Positions 40,683 through 53,956 of a stretch of DNA of 64,000 bases are shown piece after piece (position 1 is the stretch's first letter; the number at the start of each line of letters is the position of its first letter). The position numbers and the translations under genes were made by a program. The stretch is from Octopus vulgaris. Taxonomy: Eukaryota. The DNA lies in NCBI GenBank assembly GCA_951406725.2, contig OX597821.1, positions 60,698,001 to 60,762,000 on the forward strand, read 5' to 3'. Below the pieces are notes generated by a model that made no database searches, was not told the DNA's origin, and was given only the letters and a program-made list of their open reading frames with translations.

Positions 40683-40850
40683 GCATACATACTCGTAATT
40701 TTTCTAAATGGTATAATTTGTAAATTTTCATTATTGAATTGATAAAAGGTGGTTTTTTTCTAATTTATATATATATGTTGTAATTTGTGAAATTTGATTT
40801 AGTATTTCTAAATTGAATTTTTCCATGTAAGTTTGGAATATTCCCTCATC

Positions 40851-40948
<98 letters not shown>

Positions 40949-40949
<1 letters not shown>

Positions 40950-42549
40950 TATGTTTGACTTTTGCTTTATATTTGTACAAGTTGGCTCCAAGTCTCACCC
41001 AGAGACCTCAAGAGACAACAGGGTTGGAAGTTCATGTTGTTGTTATGCCTAGTGTGCCATATATTTGGGGGGTGGGGATGTTGTACTAATGAATGTCTAA
41101 AAAAAAAGGTTTTTTTTTTTTTTTAAACCGAAAATTATGTTTGTTTTAAACCTTGAGATTACATAGAGAGTATTTTGCGTAGGATATGAGCAGTTCCCAT
41201 GAGCACTATCTTTTGAACTTCTGCCATTTTTGGGTTTCCTGGTATCTGAGTTAGGTAGCTATCAGCCCCTTTTGCTATCATTCCCAGGGCACCTATGACA
41301 ACAGGTATTGTTTTAGTCTTCAGCTTCCACATTTTGCTGATTTCTATTTCAAGATCTTTATATTTGCTCAGTTTTTGGTAGGTCTTGACAGATACGTTTA
41401 TATCGATTGGGACAGTCATATCAATGAGGAGGCATGTTCTTTGTTTGAAGTCTTTCAATATGATGTCTGGCCTATTTGCATCTATCTTCCTGTCAGTTTG
41501 AATGGTGAAGTTCCAGAGGAGTGAGATGTGGTCATTTTCAAGCACCGGGGGTGGTTTGTGTTCCCACCAGTTTTTTTCATGGGGCAAATCCAGGTTTTTA
41601 CAGATTACCCAGTGAATATATTGTGCAGCTCTATCGTGCCTGTTGAGATACTCTGTAGGCGCTAGAAGACTGCACTTGGAGACCACATGGTCAATGGTTT
41701 CATTTTGTTGCTTGCATACACGACACGTTGGACTGCTTCTGATCTTTAATATGTTGGCCTGGTAGTTTCTTGTTGGTAGGCATTGATCTTGAGCTGCTAT
41801 GATAAACCCCTCTGTTTCAGATTTTAAGCCAGAGGCCATTAGCCATTGATGGGTCAGGGCTTTGTCGATATCTGCATTATTCGCTCTCTTTGGGTATTTG
41901 CCATAGAGAGGTTTTTCTTGCCATTTATTATTCAGAATATCTAAGGCCGCAGTTTTGGCACGGGTTTTCATGCGCCTAGCTTTTTCTGTGCTTGTTTCTT
42001 TTATATCTATCTCTAATTCCGAAATTGGTTGTATTCGGAATTCACTTAGTTATTCCTTTGCCTGTTTTGTGACTGAGTATGATGCTTTCTTGTTTTCATG
42101 TTTTGAGACAAGTTTTAGCATCCAGTCCTCAGAGTTTTTCAGGTAGGTGTCTAGGCCAATTGTAGCAATCTTCATTGTTATTGCCAGTTGCAAAAGACCA
42201 CGGCCTCCCTCTTTTCTTGGCAGATAGAGTCGTTCTGTATCTGCCTTAGGGTGGTGCATTCTATGCATTGTCAACAGTTTCCTTATTTTTCTGTCGAGCT
42301 GACATATTTCAGTAATTGACCAGTTAGCAATATTGAAACTGTAAGTCACGACTGGTATAGCTAATGCATTGATTGCTTCGATCCTGTTTCATGCATTCAG
42401 CTCTGTCTTGAGTATTGCTCTCACTCTTCGATAGCATTCTCTCCTGATCCTTTCCTTCATCTCTGAATGCCTTATTCCGTTCCCTTCAATTACCCCTAGG
42501 TACTTGTAGCTCTCCGCTGGGTCTAGTTCTTTTATGACATTCTGTTGGT
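40949..42549 (-). mobile_element. Young R4/Dong-clade (RLE) non-LTR retrotransposon, 5'-truncated
   Basis: RT thumb (YKYLG, HPKADTERLYLPRKEGGRGL), ETEGFIIAAQDQ, CRVC..ETIDHVVSKC knuckle, RHD, RPDI..D, KLSKYKDL endonuclease; (TAA)n tail at 40851-40948. Confidence 0.93.
41159..41971 (-). CDS. R4/Dong ORF C-terminus: CCHC zinc knuckle + restriction-like endonuclease (fragment)
   Basis: 270-aa open frame with the RLE motifs; upstream in-frame stop at about 42050. Confidence 0.8.
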   Translation of the reverse strand: MKTRAKTAALDILNNKWQEKPLYGKYPKRANNADIDKALTHQWLMASGLKSETEGFIIAAQDQCLPTRNYQANILKIRSSPTCRVCKQQNETIDHVVSKCSLLAPTEYLNRHDRAAQYIHWVICKNLDLPHEKNWWEHKPPPVLENDHISLLWNFTIQTDRKIDANRPDIILKDFKQRTCLLIDMTVPIDINVSVKTYQKLSKYKDLEIEISKMWKLKTKTIPVVIGALGMIAKGADSYLTQIPGNPKMAEVQKIVLMGTAHILRKILSM

Positions 42550-42557
42550 CATGGTTA

Positions 42558-43065
42558 ACCAACAGAATGTCATAAAAGAACTAGACCCAGCGGAGAGCTA
42601 CAAGTACCTAGGGGTAATTGAGGGAACGAATAAGGCATTCAGAGATGAAGGAAAGGATCAGAGAGAATGCTATCTAAGAGTGAGAGCAATACTCAAGACA
42701 GAGCTGAATGCAAGAAACAGGATCGAAGCAATCAATGCATTAGCTATACCAGTCGTGACTTACAGTTTCAATATTGCTAACTGGTCAATTACTGAAATAT
42801 GTCAGCTCGACAGAAAAATAAGGAAACTGTTGACAATGCATAGAATGCACCACCCTAAGGCAGATACAGAACGACTCTATCTGCCAGAAAAGAGGAGGCC
42901 GTGGTCTTTTGCAACTGGCAATAACAATGAAGATTGCCAATTGGCCTAGACACCTACCTGAAAAACTCTGAGGACTGGATGCTAAAACTTGTCTCAAAAC
43001 ATGAAAACAAGAAAGCATCATACTCAGTCACAAAACAGGCAAAAGAATAACTAAGTGAATTCCGA
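42558..43065 (+). mobile_element. Inverted duplicate of R4 segment 42035-42549
   Basis: Same peptide on the + strand (ORF 42545-42949), same AKE* stop, several 1-2 nt deletions. Confidence 0.9.
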
Positions 43066-43727
<662 letters not shown>

Positions 43728-43774
43728 TATTATTATTATTATTATTATTATTATCATTTTTATTATTATTATCA

Positions 43775-43880
<106 letters not shown>

Positions 43881-44080
43881 GATTATTATTATATATATAT
43901 ACAAAAATTCTATAATTATGAGCATAATTATAATTAGGGTTCAGCAAAATTTGCTTCACCACATATCGAAATTTAGAAATAGCAGTTAAAATACTATTCA
44001 ACTATCATAAGATATCTTCCAGCAATACTCAACAACTCATGCAGGTAAAGACAAAAAAATAACGAATCCATCCGGCTTTG

Positions 44081-44170
44081 ATTAACTATATACGCGTTTC
44101 GGGGTTAGAAAGATGTAAAAAATGTAAAATCATATTACTACTCACTCATTCCCTTCGTCAGTACATTAAT
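44081..44170 (-). ncRNA. Hammerhead ribozyme motif
   Basis: Minus strand attaatgta CTGACGA a ggg...ccc GAAAC GC GTA tatagttaat; 9-bp bulged stem I, palindromic ACGCGT. Confidence 0.75.
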
Positions 44171-44966
44171 TCAAATTTTCAATTTGAGAGTAGTGATAAT
44201 TAATATACGTATTCGACCAAGCTGAAAGTATATATACAAGCCTTCTTAACTGCGATTTTTGCCCCGAGAAAGCATATCTTATAGACGTATGATGTTAAAG
44301 AGCACAGAAGCCTGTGAAGACTTTAAACAGCTTATATGCATCCATTCGTCCACACACTCACACACACGCACACACGCACGCATACACATACATACACATG
44401 CACACACATACACACACATATATCCTAATTCTCAAATGCGTGAACGTGTTCTGTTTCATTGCAATAGGGCTAGATATGAGGAAGATTTAGCTACTCTTTC
44501 TAGTGAGTCGAACTACTCCCTTCTCTGTCGGCTTTAAGTACACACCATCGGTAGTACCATGTGGCCTATTTAGAATTAATAAAGGATTCATTGTTTGTTG
44601 TACAACGTCGAAAGTTCTCACTAGAAAAAGCATTATATAACATACCAGTGTGTTGTTCATTTGAACAGAGGAGGAGACGTATTCTAAACGTAGCATTGTT
44701 TATATATATATAGATTATTGTAATAAATACATACCATCCTAACGATACATAGATAATTATAAGTCCATTAATTCATCTATACACACACACACAACGACAC
44801 AAGCACACAAACGCAAAAGATTATTTAAAATATTTCACTTGGCATAGGATTGCTTAAGTATACACATGTCTTAAAATTGAAATGCGTGACGATCAGGCAT
44901 TTCTGCAAAGAATAACTCTCTTGAATTATATAATGAATATTCCAGTGCAGTAATAATAATAATAAC

Positions 44967-45048
<82 letters not shown>

Positions 45049-46361
45049 GTGCTTGATACATTACGATTCATCAACACCAGACCATCCCTGGCCCCAAACA
45101 CCATGTACAAAAAAACTCCAAATAAATTAAATAATACCGGTATTATTCAACCCAAGAATAACAATCGGGAAGTGTGTACTTTAAACTTGTTACACAAATA
45201 GTACGAAAGACTACACGTGCAAATCAATGTGACAACAGAAATGAAAGGAACGGTACCCTACGAAAATGACGACCGTCAAAATAAAGGGCCGGACGTAGTT
45301 CCCCATGTCCCGCAAATAAAACCAAAAAGGCATAAATGGACACGTGAGGAATATATTTTCAGTCTTTAAGGATGCTGACAAATACAAAAAATGTCATAGT
45401 ACCCAACAATTATGAAGAAAAAAAAAAAGAAACAACGAAAGCTGTAAAGCAACTGAAATCTAAACCCAAACTGGAACAGCAATGGATCATGACAAAACGA
45501 TGGCAAGAAAAACCCCTTCACGGTAAATACTGGGTTAAACTAAACGCAAAAGAAATAGACAAAGCAAAATCCCAACAATGGCTGAGAAGCCCAGGATTCA
45601 AAACAGAGACTGAAGGATTTTTAATTGCAGCACAAGACCAAAGCCTCCCCATTAAAATTGCCAAAAGCATATAATGAAAAAAAACATAACAAGTAACTGC
45701 AGAACATGTGGAGATGGATAGGAAACAAAAAACCATATTGTCTCTCGCTGCCCAGTCCTGGCTAAGAAGTAATATATTCACAGACACGACAGAATTGGGG
45801 CCTATATACACTGGGAGCTATGCCAACACTATGGAATAACAACAGAAAATAGATGGTATAGGCACACGCCAGAAAAGGCCACAGAAAACGAGAAAGCAAC
45901 TATATTCTGGGATATGCCAATACACATAGATAGAGAAATTAAGGCCAGATATAGTTGTCAGAGATCATGAAGAAAAAAATGCTTATTGATTGATGTATCA
46001 ATACCAGCAGATGACAACGTTTCTCTAAAAGAAATGGAGAAACTTTCAAAATACAAAGACCTGGAAATAGAGGTAACTGGAATGTGGAGTCTAAAAAGAG
46101 AAACAATTCTTCTCATAATAGGCGCATTAGGAATGCTAAAAAATATTCAAACAAATATATAACAATAACACCAGGACTAACAAATATATATATATATAAC
46201 ATAAAGAAAATAGCACTACTAGGCACCGCACACATCCTTCGTAAAACACTTTCAATATAATGAGAATAAGAGCACCAAAACAAACCCCAGCCCATACCCA
46301 AGACACACAGGGTTGCGCTTGGTAGTGGAGTAATAGCACGAGATAAAAATAAGACTACTGA
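45049..46361 (+). mobile_element. Internally deleted R4/Dong LINE (5' end joined to 3' third)
   Basis: Starts right after (AAT)n; KRHKWTREEY N-terminal motif at about 45325, then WQEKPLHGKY, ETEGFLIAAQDQ, PDIV and KYKDL; ends in (GAT/GAC/AAT)n. Confidence 0.8.
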
Positions 46362-46418
46362 ATGATGATGATGATGATGACGACGACGACGACGACGACG
46401 ACGATGATGATGATAATG

Positions 46419-46479
<61 letters not shown>

Positions 46480-46482
<3 letters not shown>

Positions 46483-46872
46483 TCAGTCAACACTGACAGA
46501 ACGATCTACCAGACATAATTATTAAAGACAAGGAAGAAAATATTTGTAGACTAATATATGTGTTCCACTGATAAAAATATATCTCTAAAGGAATTTGACA
46601 AATTAAGTATATATAAAGACCTGGGAATTGAAATACAAAAGATGTGGCATCTTAAAGCGAGAACTGTTCTTGTTATTGTAGATGCACTAGGTATGATAAA
46701 AAGATCCCAGGAGAACCATGACTCAGAGAAATCCAAAAGATTGTGCTGACAAGTATTGGCCACATCCTTAGAAAAACCCTATCGGCAGCACATACCCAAG
46801 GCACACAGAGCTGCGCTCGGTAGTGCAGTGAAAGCATGTGATAAAAATAAGACTACTGAAAAATAATAATAA
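46480..46872 (+). mobile_element. R4/Dong 3' fragment
   Basis: PDIIIKDKEE, KEFDKLSIYKDLGIEIQKMW; 3' tail similar to 46290-46361. Confidence 0.8.
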
Positions 46873-46917
46873 TGATTTCATTTATTTGCCACCAGGGTGA
46901 AATATGACTGAGACATA

Positions 46918-47472
46918 TCCTGACGTAGTACCAGACCCTGGCTCTCATGGCTTCTGATCTTAACTAATTGGAAGTGTTATCATATATATGTTTTATATTG
47001 GCATGAAAGATGGGCTACAGTAAATATTCTGCTCAATACCACAAACTTACTTGTCAGTTATTTGACCATAACCACTTGAGCATGTCCCTTTGTGACTAAC
47101 AACATGTGCATCTCTGATCATGAGCAGAAGTAGTGGGGGAGAATCATAGGCATGTGTTGAGAGGAATTCTGTGGGGTTTGAATAATTCATCTCTGGAAAC
47201 ATGGGTGTTTCATTCAACATCCTTAAACAACCCTTATTCAGGGACCTTTTGAGTAGGATGGGCTACTCGATCTGAAGAAAATTATAACTGGGCCCCACCA
47301 GTAAGGTCATGCGCTATTTATCTTGATATGAGATCATCATGCTTTTCACATATGGTTGTGATGCATGCGCCTGGTGTACCCTTATCAGACTGTTAGTCAT
47401 GATGGGTATACTGGGCTTAGTATATTTTACCCCAGTGTCACTGTGATGGCATGCGCTGCTTCTCTCACTCAA
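46918..47472 (+). mobile_element. Second copy of the 560-bp non-coding repeat
   Basis: Homologous to the reverse complement of 43168-43727; followed by aat/gat/gac/(GAA)n. Confidence 0.8.
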
Positions 47473-48367
47473 TAATAGTAATAATGATGATGATGATGAC
47501 GACGACGACGACGACGACGACGAAGAAGAAGAAGAAGAAGAAGAAGAAGAAGAAGAAGAAGAAGAAGAAGAAGAAGAAGAAGAAGAAGAAGAAGAAGAAG
47601 AAGAAGAAGAAGAAGAAGAAGAAGAAGAAGAAGAAGAAGAAGAAGAAGAAGAAGAAACAGTTGGTATTGGTATTATTAGACGCGGTACAAGTCCACCTTT
47701 CATAATGATTATCATAATAGCTATTATCTGTTTGTGTAACTCTGGATAAAAGGAATAGAGGAAACTAAACTAAGCACTGAATGGTATATAGTTCGGCGCT
47801 GTCGCACTTCTGTCAAACTTTTGTGGGGGAACCCTCCTCCATACATACAATAATAACATACGGGTCGGTTGAGTGCGTAACTGACAGCACTTCTCAAAAC
47901 GAGAAGCGGCTTCTTTTAGAGTACTAATTTATGATATTTATAATATTTCATACACGCATATGACTGTCATTGTTTAAAACCTTAATGCGCAAGAGCGTCA
48001 TATTATATTTCGGATTAACCCTCTTTCCGTTTTCTTGTCAAATGGCGCTTAAAATCTTCTATTATCTTTTGAATTCATCTAAGATCTATTTGATGTATGT
48101 TGCAGAAATTGAGATTCTCTGACATACACACATAAATGCTTTGTATATATGAATTGCACACACACACACAAGCACACACATGTATGTACGTGTTCATGTA
48201 TTTATGTATGTATTTATAAATGCATATACGATTGTAGCGAGTGGTAAGAATGTGTGCTTAAAACTGCATTCTTAAGCGGTGTGTTTGATATTTGCAGGAT
48301 TTCCCCCACAAAATCATTGGTAGCATTGTTAAACCAAACGCAAAGAATATACATTTATATCTACATT

Positions 48368-48435
<68 letters not shown>

Positions 48436-48549
48436 TCCTTCTTGCTTTCTTTCTTTCCTTCTTTCCTTCTTCCTTTCTCACTTTCTTTGTTTCTTTGTTT
48501 CTTTTTTCTGTCTGTCTAACTATCTGTCTGTCTGTCTGTCTGTCTGTCC

Positions 48550-49878
48550 ATCTTGGGCATGCCGTGGTTGATGCTGCGCAGACACGCGCTGAGACTGCGA
48601 CATCTCAGGCTCTTCGTAGACGACGGTGAACAGGTGTGGTCGCCGTTTGTGAGGCACGCTTTCCCGCAGCTCGTCTCCATGACCGAACTGCAGTCGTGGA
48701 TCAAAAAGAGGCCGAGGAAGGGCGAATGGCACCGCGAGTGTCGCATTGCTCTCAAGCAACTCTGCCGTCCTGGGTCGACCTTGAGTGACTTCATCACAAC
48801 CAAAGCATTCTATAGGGGATTAGTGGAGGGGAGGTACGACGACGAGCTCGGGGCGAACCTGGACGTCGACGAGGAGTACCTGACCCGCCTATTCGGGACG
48901 ACTTTCGGGCCAGGGCCCATGGACAACTTCCAGAGATCCCTGGCCTGGCAGTGCTACCGAGAAGCGCTACCCGTTCGGGATAAGCTCTACAGACACGGCT
49001 CGAGAAACACGGGGCCGACTTGCCCGAGATGCGGTCAGAGCGACGAAACCGTTCTGCACGCACTCGTGCAGTGTCCAACAATTTCCGACCTGTGGGCTTA
49101 TGTCGAACAACTGCTGTCACGTGTGGGACGAGTCGGTTTATCAGCTGAGTCTATCGTCAATATTGTCACGCCTCCTTCCTTCAAACGGGAAGGAAGAGCT
49201 ATTTTCATCATCATTGTGGCTATGGCGAAAGAATGTATCTGGTGGACGCGTCTGAAAGGATTGGAGACAAACACTTTCCTCTCTGGTCAATCTCTCATCA
49301 ACTTCTTCAAGTACCACTTGAAAAGGAAAGTGAGAGTAGAGAGGCAAGTTTTGTCTAGCGAATGTTTAAAAAAAAGATGGGTGAATGTAGCAAGGATGGC
49401 ACGTATGAATGACGAAGCCACCTTGAGCATAATCCTATGAACCCAGAAATTGAAAACAGAGGGTTACCCACTTGCAAACAAATGTGGTAACATATAACAA
49501 TATTGACAAAGGTTACCGTGGTCTTTTTCGTAGGCTTTTCTTCCCACGGATAAACCTTACTTGCTTTCCCCTTTACACCATATATCATAACACTGTGATA
49601 CACGATCCTTATTGATCGTTTTTTTTCCTCTTCCCCTTTTTTCCCCTTTTTTTCTTCTTTTTTTATTTCTCTTTTCTTTTGTTCCTTTTCCGTTTTTAAT
49701 TTTTTTAATTTTTATTTTTTTAATTTTTAATTTAATTTTTTTTGTTCTTTTCTTCCCTTTTACGCCACCCCCTTTTTTTTGTTTCTTTTGTTTTTTGTTT
49801 TTTTCATCCCCCAAAAGAAAAGCTCTACCTTGTAACTTGTCCCACCTGTGTGCAGCCCTGTGTGTTCAATAAAGAAAC
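48550..49878 (+). mobile_element. Tx1/L1-clade LINE, 5'-truncated, young
   Basis: GC-rich open ORF2 end, T-rich 3' UTR, AATAAA at 49868-49873; (TCTG)n on the left, (ATCT)n on the right. Confidence 0.85.
48553..49440 (+). CDS. Tx1/L1 ORF2 C-terminal fragment (zf-RVT CCHC)
   Basis: LGMP start; CPRCGQSDETVLHALVQC; AKECIWWTR; 295 aa with no stops. Confidence 0.8.
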   Translation: MGMPWLMLRRHALRLRHLRLFVDDGEQVWSPFVRHAFPQLVSMTELQSWIKKRPRKGEWHRECRIALKQLCRPGSTLSDFITTKAFYRGLVEGRYDDELGANLDVDEEYLTRLFGTTFGPGPMDNFQRSLAWQCYREALPVRDKLYRHGSRNTGPTCPRCGQSDETVLHALVQCPTISDLWAYVEQLLSRVGRVGLSAESIVNIVTPPSFKREGRAIFIIIVAMAKECIWWTRLKGLETNTFLSGQSLINFFKYHLKRKVRVERQVLSSECLKKRWVNVARMARMNDEATLSIIL

Positions 49879-49954
<76 letters not shown>

Positions 49955-50239
49955 GTATGTATGTATGTATGTATGTTTGTATGTATCTATCTATCTATCT
50001 GTCTGTCTGTCTATCTACTTTTCACAAGTTTCTTTATTTTACGGCTCTCACAATGAGTGGTAAAAAATTGCAATTAAAGTCATACGTTACACTGTTGTAA
50101 AAAAGACTTACTGCCAGTGCAGCGGGAGATGAAATTTATGATGCGGAAGGCTCAACAACTGTCAACGAACATCAAATCCAATGGCTTCAGAGAACGAGAG
50201 CTACTACTTTGTGTGTGTGTGTGCCTGTATGTGTGTGCG

Positions 50240-50389
<150 letters not shown>

Positions 50390-50844
50390 TTATTCAGAAT
50401 TATTTCAATCTCTACTATTATTCACAACGAGTCACTTTTAGGACACTTGACCATTTAAGAGGATTCCATCAACATTCTGCTAATGTCATACCACTCCCGC
50501 ATTCTTCTTCTTCTTCTTCTTCTTCTTCTTCTTCTTCTTCTTCTTCTTCTTCTTCTTCTTCTTCTTCTTCTTCTTCTTCTTCTTCTTCTTCTTCTTCTTC
50601 TTCTTCTTCTTCTTCTATATCTTCTTCTTCTTTGCTGCCTCTTATTTCTGCTACTGCTGCTACATAAGCAATCCAAGACAAGAATTCATATCAAACAGGA
50701 TGCTGCTAACTACCTAGAACCTGCAAGAGTCAAAAAGAGAGACTGAGACAAGCAGAAAAAGTAAAAAAAAAATTCGCTTGTTTTTGAAAACTATGGAAAT
50801 ATATATTTTTTAAAAAACATTTCATTGTTTTTCATACTTTAATC

Positions 50845-50885
50845 TAAATTGAAAAAGTCAGCAATGACTGAAACCGGTACTAAAG
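50845..50885 (+). ncRNA. Decayed hammerhead motif
   Basis: TTGAAAA agtca gcaa tgact GAAAC CG GTA; perfect stem II and palindrome, core mutated. Confidence 0.45.
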
Positions 50886-51064
50886 TGTTCTTCATGATAA
50901 AATTATTTTAGCATTTTCTACCTTGTTTTATTTTCATTATATATATTCTTTGTAATCCTAGTACTTATTCTATCAGTCACTTTTGCCGAACCTCTAAGTT
51001 ACGGGACGTAAACACATCAGCACCGGGTTCCTGAAAGAGGATCTGTGGTTGAAGAGGCGCTGCT

Positions 51065-51102
<38 letters not shown>

Positions 51103-51106
<4 letters not shown>

Positions 51107-51420
51107 AGCTCTCCGTCGGTTACAACGATGAAGGTCCCAGCTGATACGATCAACGGAACAACTTGCTCATGAAATTAACGTGCAAGTGACTGAGCAATCC
51201 GCAGACACGTGCACCCCTAACGTAGTTCTCATGGAGATTCAGCGTGACACAGTGTGACAAGGCCGGCCCTCTGAAATACAGGTAAAACTTATTTTTGCTA
51301 GCTTGGTGGACTGGAGTAACGTGAAATAAAGTGTCTTGCTCAAGGACAAAATGCGTCGCCAGGAATTGAACCCACGACCTTATGATCGTGAGCCCAATGC
51401 CCTATCCACTAACCCACGCG

Positions 51421-51421
<1 letters not shown>
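51103..51421 (-). mobile_element. SINE family C, near full length
   Basis: tRNA-like A box (gtgggttagtgg) and B box (ggttcaattcc); related copies at 28405, 54250 and 56985. Confidence 0.85.
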
Positions 51422-51486
<65 letters not shown>

Positions 51487-51605
51487 TATATATATGTATA
51501 TGTGTGTGTGTGTAAATCGAAAATAAAACAAAAAACAAAATGGTCAAAAGGATGTATATAACGAATATATTAGGTAGAGATTCAGTTTAAGAGGGAAAAG
51601 AGGTG

Positions 51606-51642
51606 GGTGTGACGTTTCAATTATGGCTCTTCATCAGAAAAA
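51606..51642 (-). ncRNA. Decayed minimal HHR (same family as 38498)
   Basis: Minus strand CTGATGA agagccataatt GAAACGTC; stem II eroded. Confidence 0.5.
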
Positions 51643-52419
51643 GGAAAGAGGAAAGGTTCAGAGTGAGGCACGTGTGTAGTTACATGGCTGAAGTGTCCGG
51701 AAGTGGAGAGAGACTGAATAAAGTGGTTTTTGAAGGCAGGAGGGAAATCGGAAAGGAAGCGAGAGAGGAGTAAGTGGAGTTGTTGGAGGAAGGAATGACG
51801 GTCGGCCATGGTGGTGAGGAAAAAGTGCTGGGAGGAGTGATGGAGATGAGGAGGAGGAAGGTAAGGAAGGAAAAAAGACAAGTGAGGCTATATACATATA
51901 TGCATACATACATACATAATACGTACATACATATATACACACATACATACATACACACACTCTCACACACATAAATTACAAACAATTGTTTGTAATTTGC
52001 ATTATACCTATATTTATGGGGGTATTCAATCGATGTACCAGTGAATTGGATGTTTTACACCCCGCTTTAAAGGAATTTTTCCTTTGTTACTTTATTTCTT
52101 TTTATTTATGCGCCCTTTTCAAGCCTAGCCAGGCTCATGGGTCCGGTTTCTGTGGCGTATGTGTTCCCCCCAGCTGGACGGGACACCAGTCCATCGCAGC
52201 GTTACACAAGAAACAGGAATAAAGACTGAGAGAAAGTTGGGGCGAAAGAGTATAACAGGGGTGGCCCGCATCACTGCCGGAGCCTCGTGGAGCTTTATGT
52301 GTTTTCGCTCAATAAACACACACAACGCCCAGTCTGGGAATCGAAACCGCGATCCTCCGCTGCCCTAACCACTGGGCCATTGCGCCCCCACTTGTTACCT
52401 TACATATATATATATACAG

Positions 52420-52485
<66 letters not shown>

Positions 52486-53384
52486 ATGTATGTATGTATG
52501 TATGTATGTATGTATGTATTACATATGCATGTATATGTCACTGAATTACTTCCAGTGCGTTGGTGATAGTTATTTTATCGACCAGAACGGTGATTTGAAC
52601 TAAGAATCTATAGCAATGTAGATAAGTGTCTCAAGGAATGTGGTAGACTCTACACAATCGCCAATTTTTTCACGTTATACTGAAAGTAGTTTTAGCAGAG
52701 GCTCAAATATTCAAATCCCTTACTACGTAGTTGAGCAGTATTCAATATAGTCAGCTGTTGATTGTGTTACACAAATATACGCAGCAAAAAAAAAACCCCA
52801 TTCATTAGTTTTGACTGCAACAATAATTTACTCCTTAGAAAACAAAGCAATATGCTGGCATCCAACCAAGCTTTTTTTTATTTTATATTTTCTAATATTT
52901 TCAAATATTTACCTAATTATTTAAGTAGCTTCATTTAAAAAAATCTAATAATGAATGTTAATAGTTTCATTGGCAAATTTTTATTACACAATTTTTCTGT
53001 ATTGATCTTCGCGATTAATATCTTCGTTTTAATATTTTTCTATTATTTATTTTTTCTTATTGTTGTGATAATGTGATACACTGTGCAAACAATGTATTTA
53101 ATTTTTTTTTGCATCTTCGTTAAAGTCTCTTGCCTTAAGCGCATTATTTTCTTTTAGTTTTTTTATTTCGTCAATATTTAAAAACAATTCCCAGTTTTGT
53201 CTTCAGTTTGTATTTTTTTCATTTGTAAATTTTTCAAAAAGCATATTTAGAAATTTTTTTTACCTGCCTCTTTCTTTATCATCGGTACCAACTGAGAAAC
53301 GATAGGAATCTTACCTAACAGAAAAGAATTAGCAATAATAGATACGCCGCTTTCTTAACTCTTGGGATTCTATCATCATATTGA

Positions 53385-53956
53385 TTTAAAATTTTGGCAC
53401 AAATTCACTAATTTTGTGTGAGATGGGGTGAGTCGATTCCCTCGACTCCAGTGCTCAGTTAGTACTTATTTTATTCACTCCAGAAGGATGAAAGGCAAAG
53501 TCGACCTCGGAGGAATTTAAACTCAGAACGTTGAGGCGGATGAAATGCCACTGAGCAACTTGCTTGGCCTTATTCTCTTATCATATTAATCAACAACAGA
53601 ATCAACTTAATTTATCTAATAACTCATTTAAAACATCGTTGGAGGATCTATTACTTACACCAAAATTGTGCTAAACGATTCAAAGCTACGAATTTGAAAG
53701 AATTCTTTTATACTAAATTATTTCACTGTCATGTACACATGACTCGACTTATACGTTCCTATTATGCACACATATTTACATCTTCTGTGTGTTAGAAATC
53801 ACACGATAAACAATCTTATTCCTTTATTGCCTACAAGGGGCTAAATATAGAGGGGACAAACAAGGACAGGCAAAGGGATAAAGTCGATTATATCGACCCC
53901 AGTGCATAACTAGTACTTAATTTATCGACCCCGAAAGGATGAAAGGCAAAGTCGAC
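53385..53956 (-). mobile_element. Two SINE family A fragments (53385-53570 and 53815-53956)
   Basis: gaaaggatgaaaggcaaagtcgac motif in both. Confidence 0.8.

Noticed and set aside
51360-51421. tRNA-like sequences with A and B boxes (also 21110, 33900, 63823)
   Set aside because: SINE heads fused to repeat bodies; no complete cloverleaf
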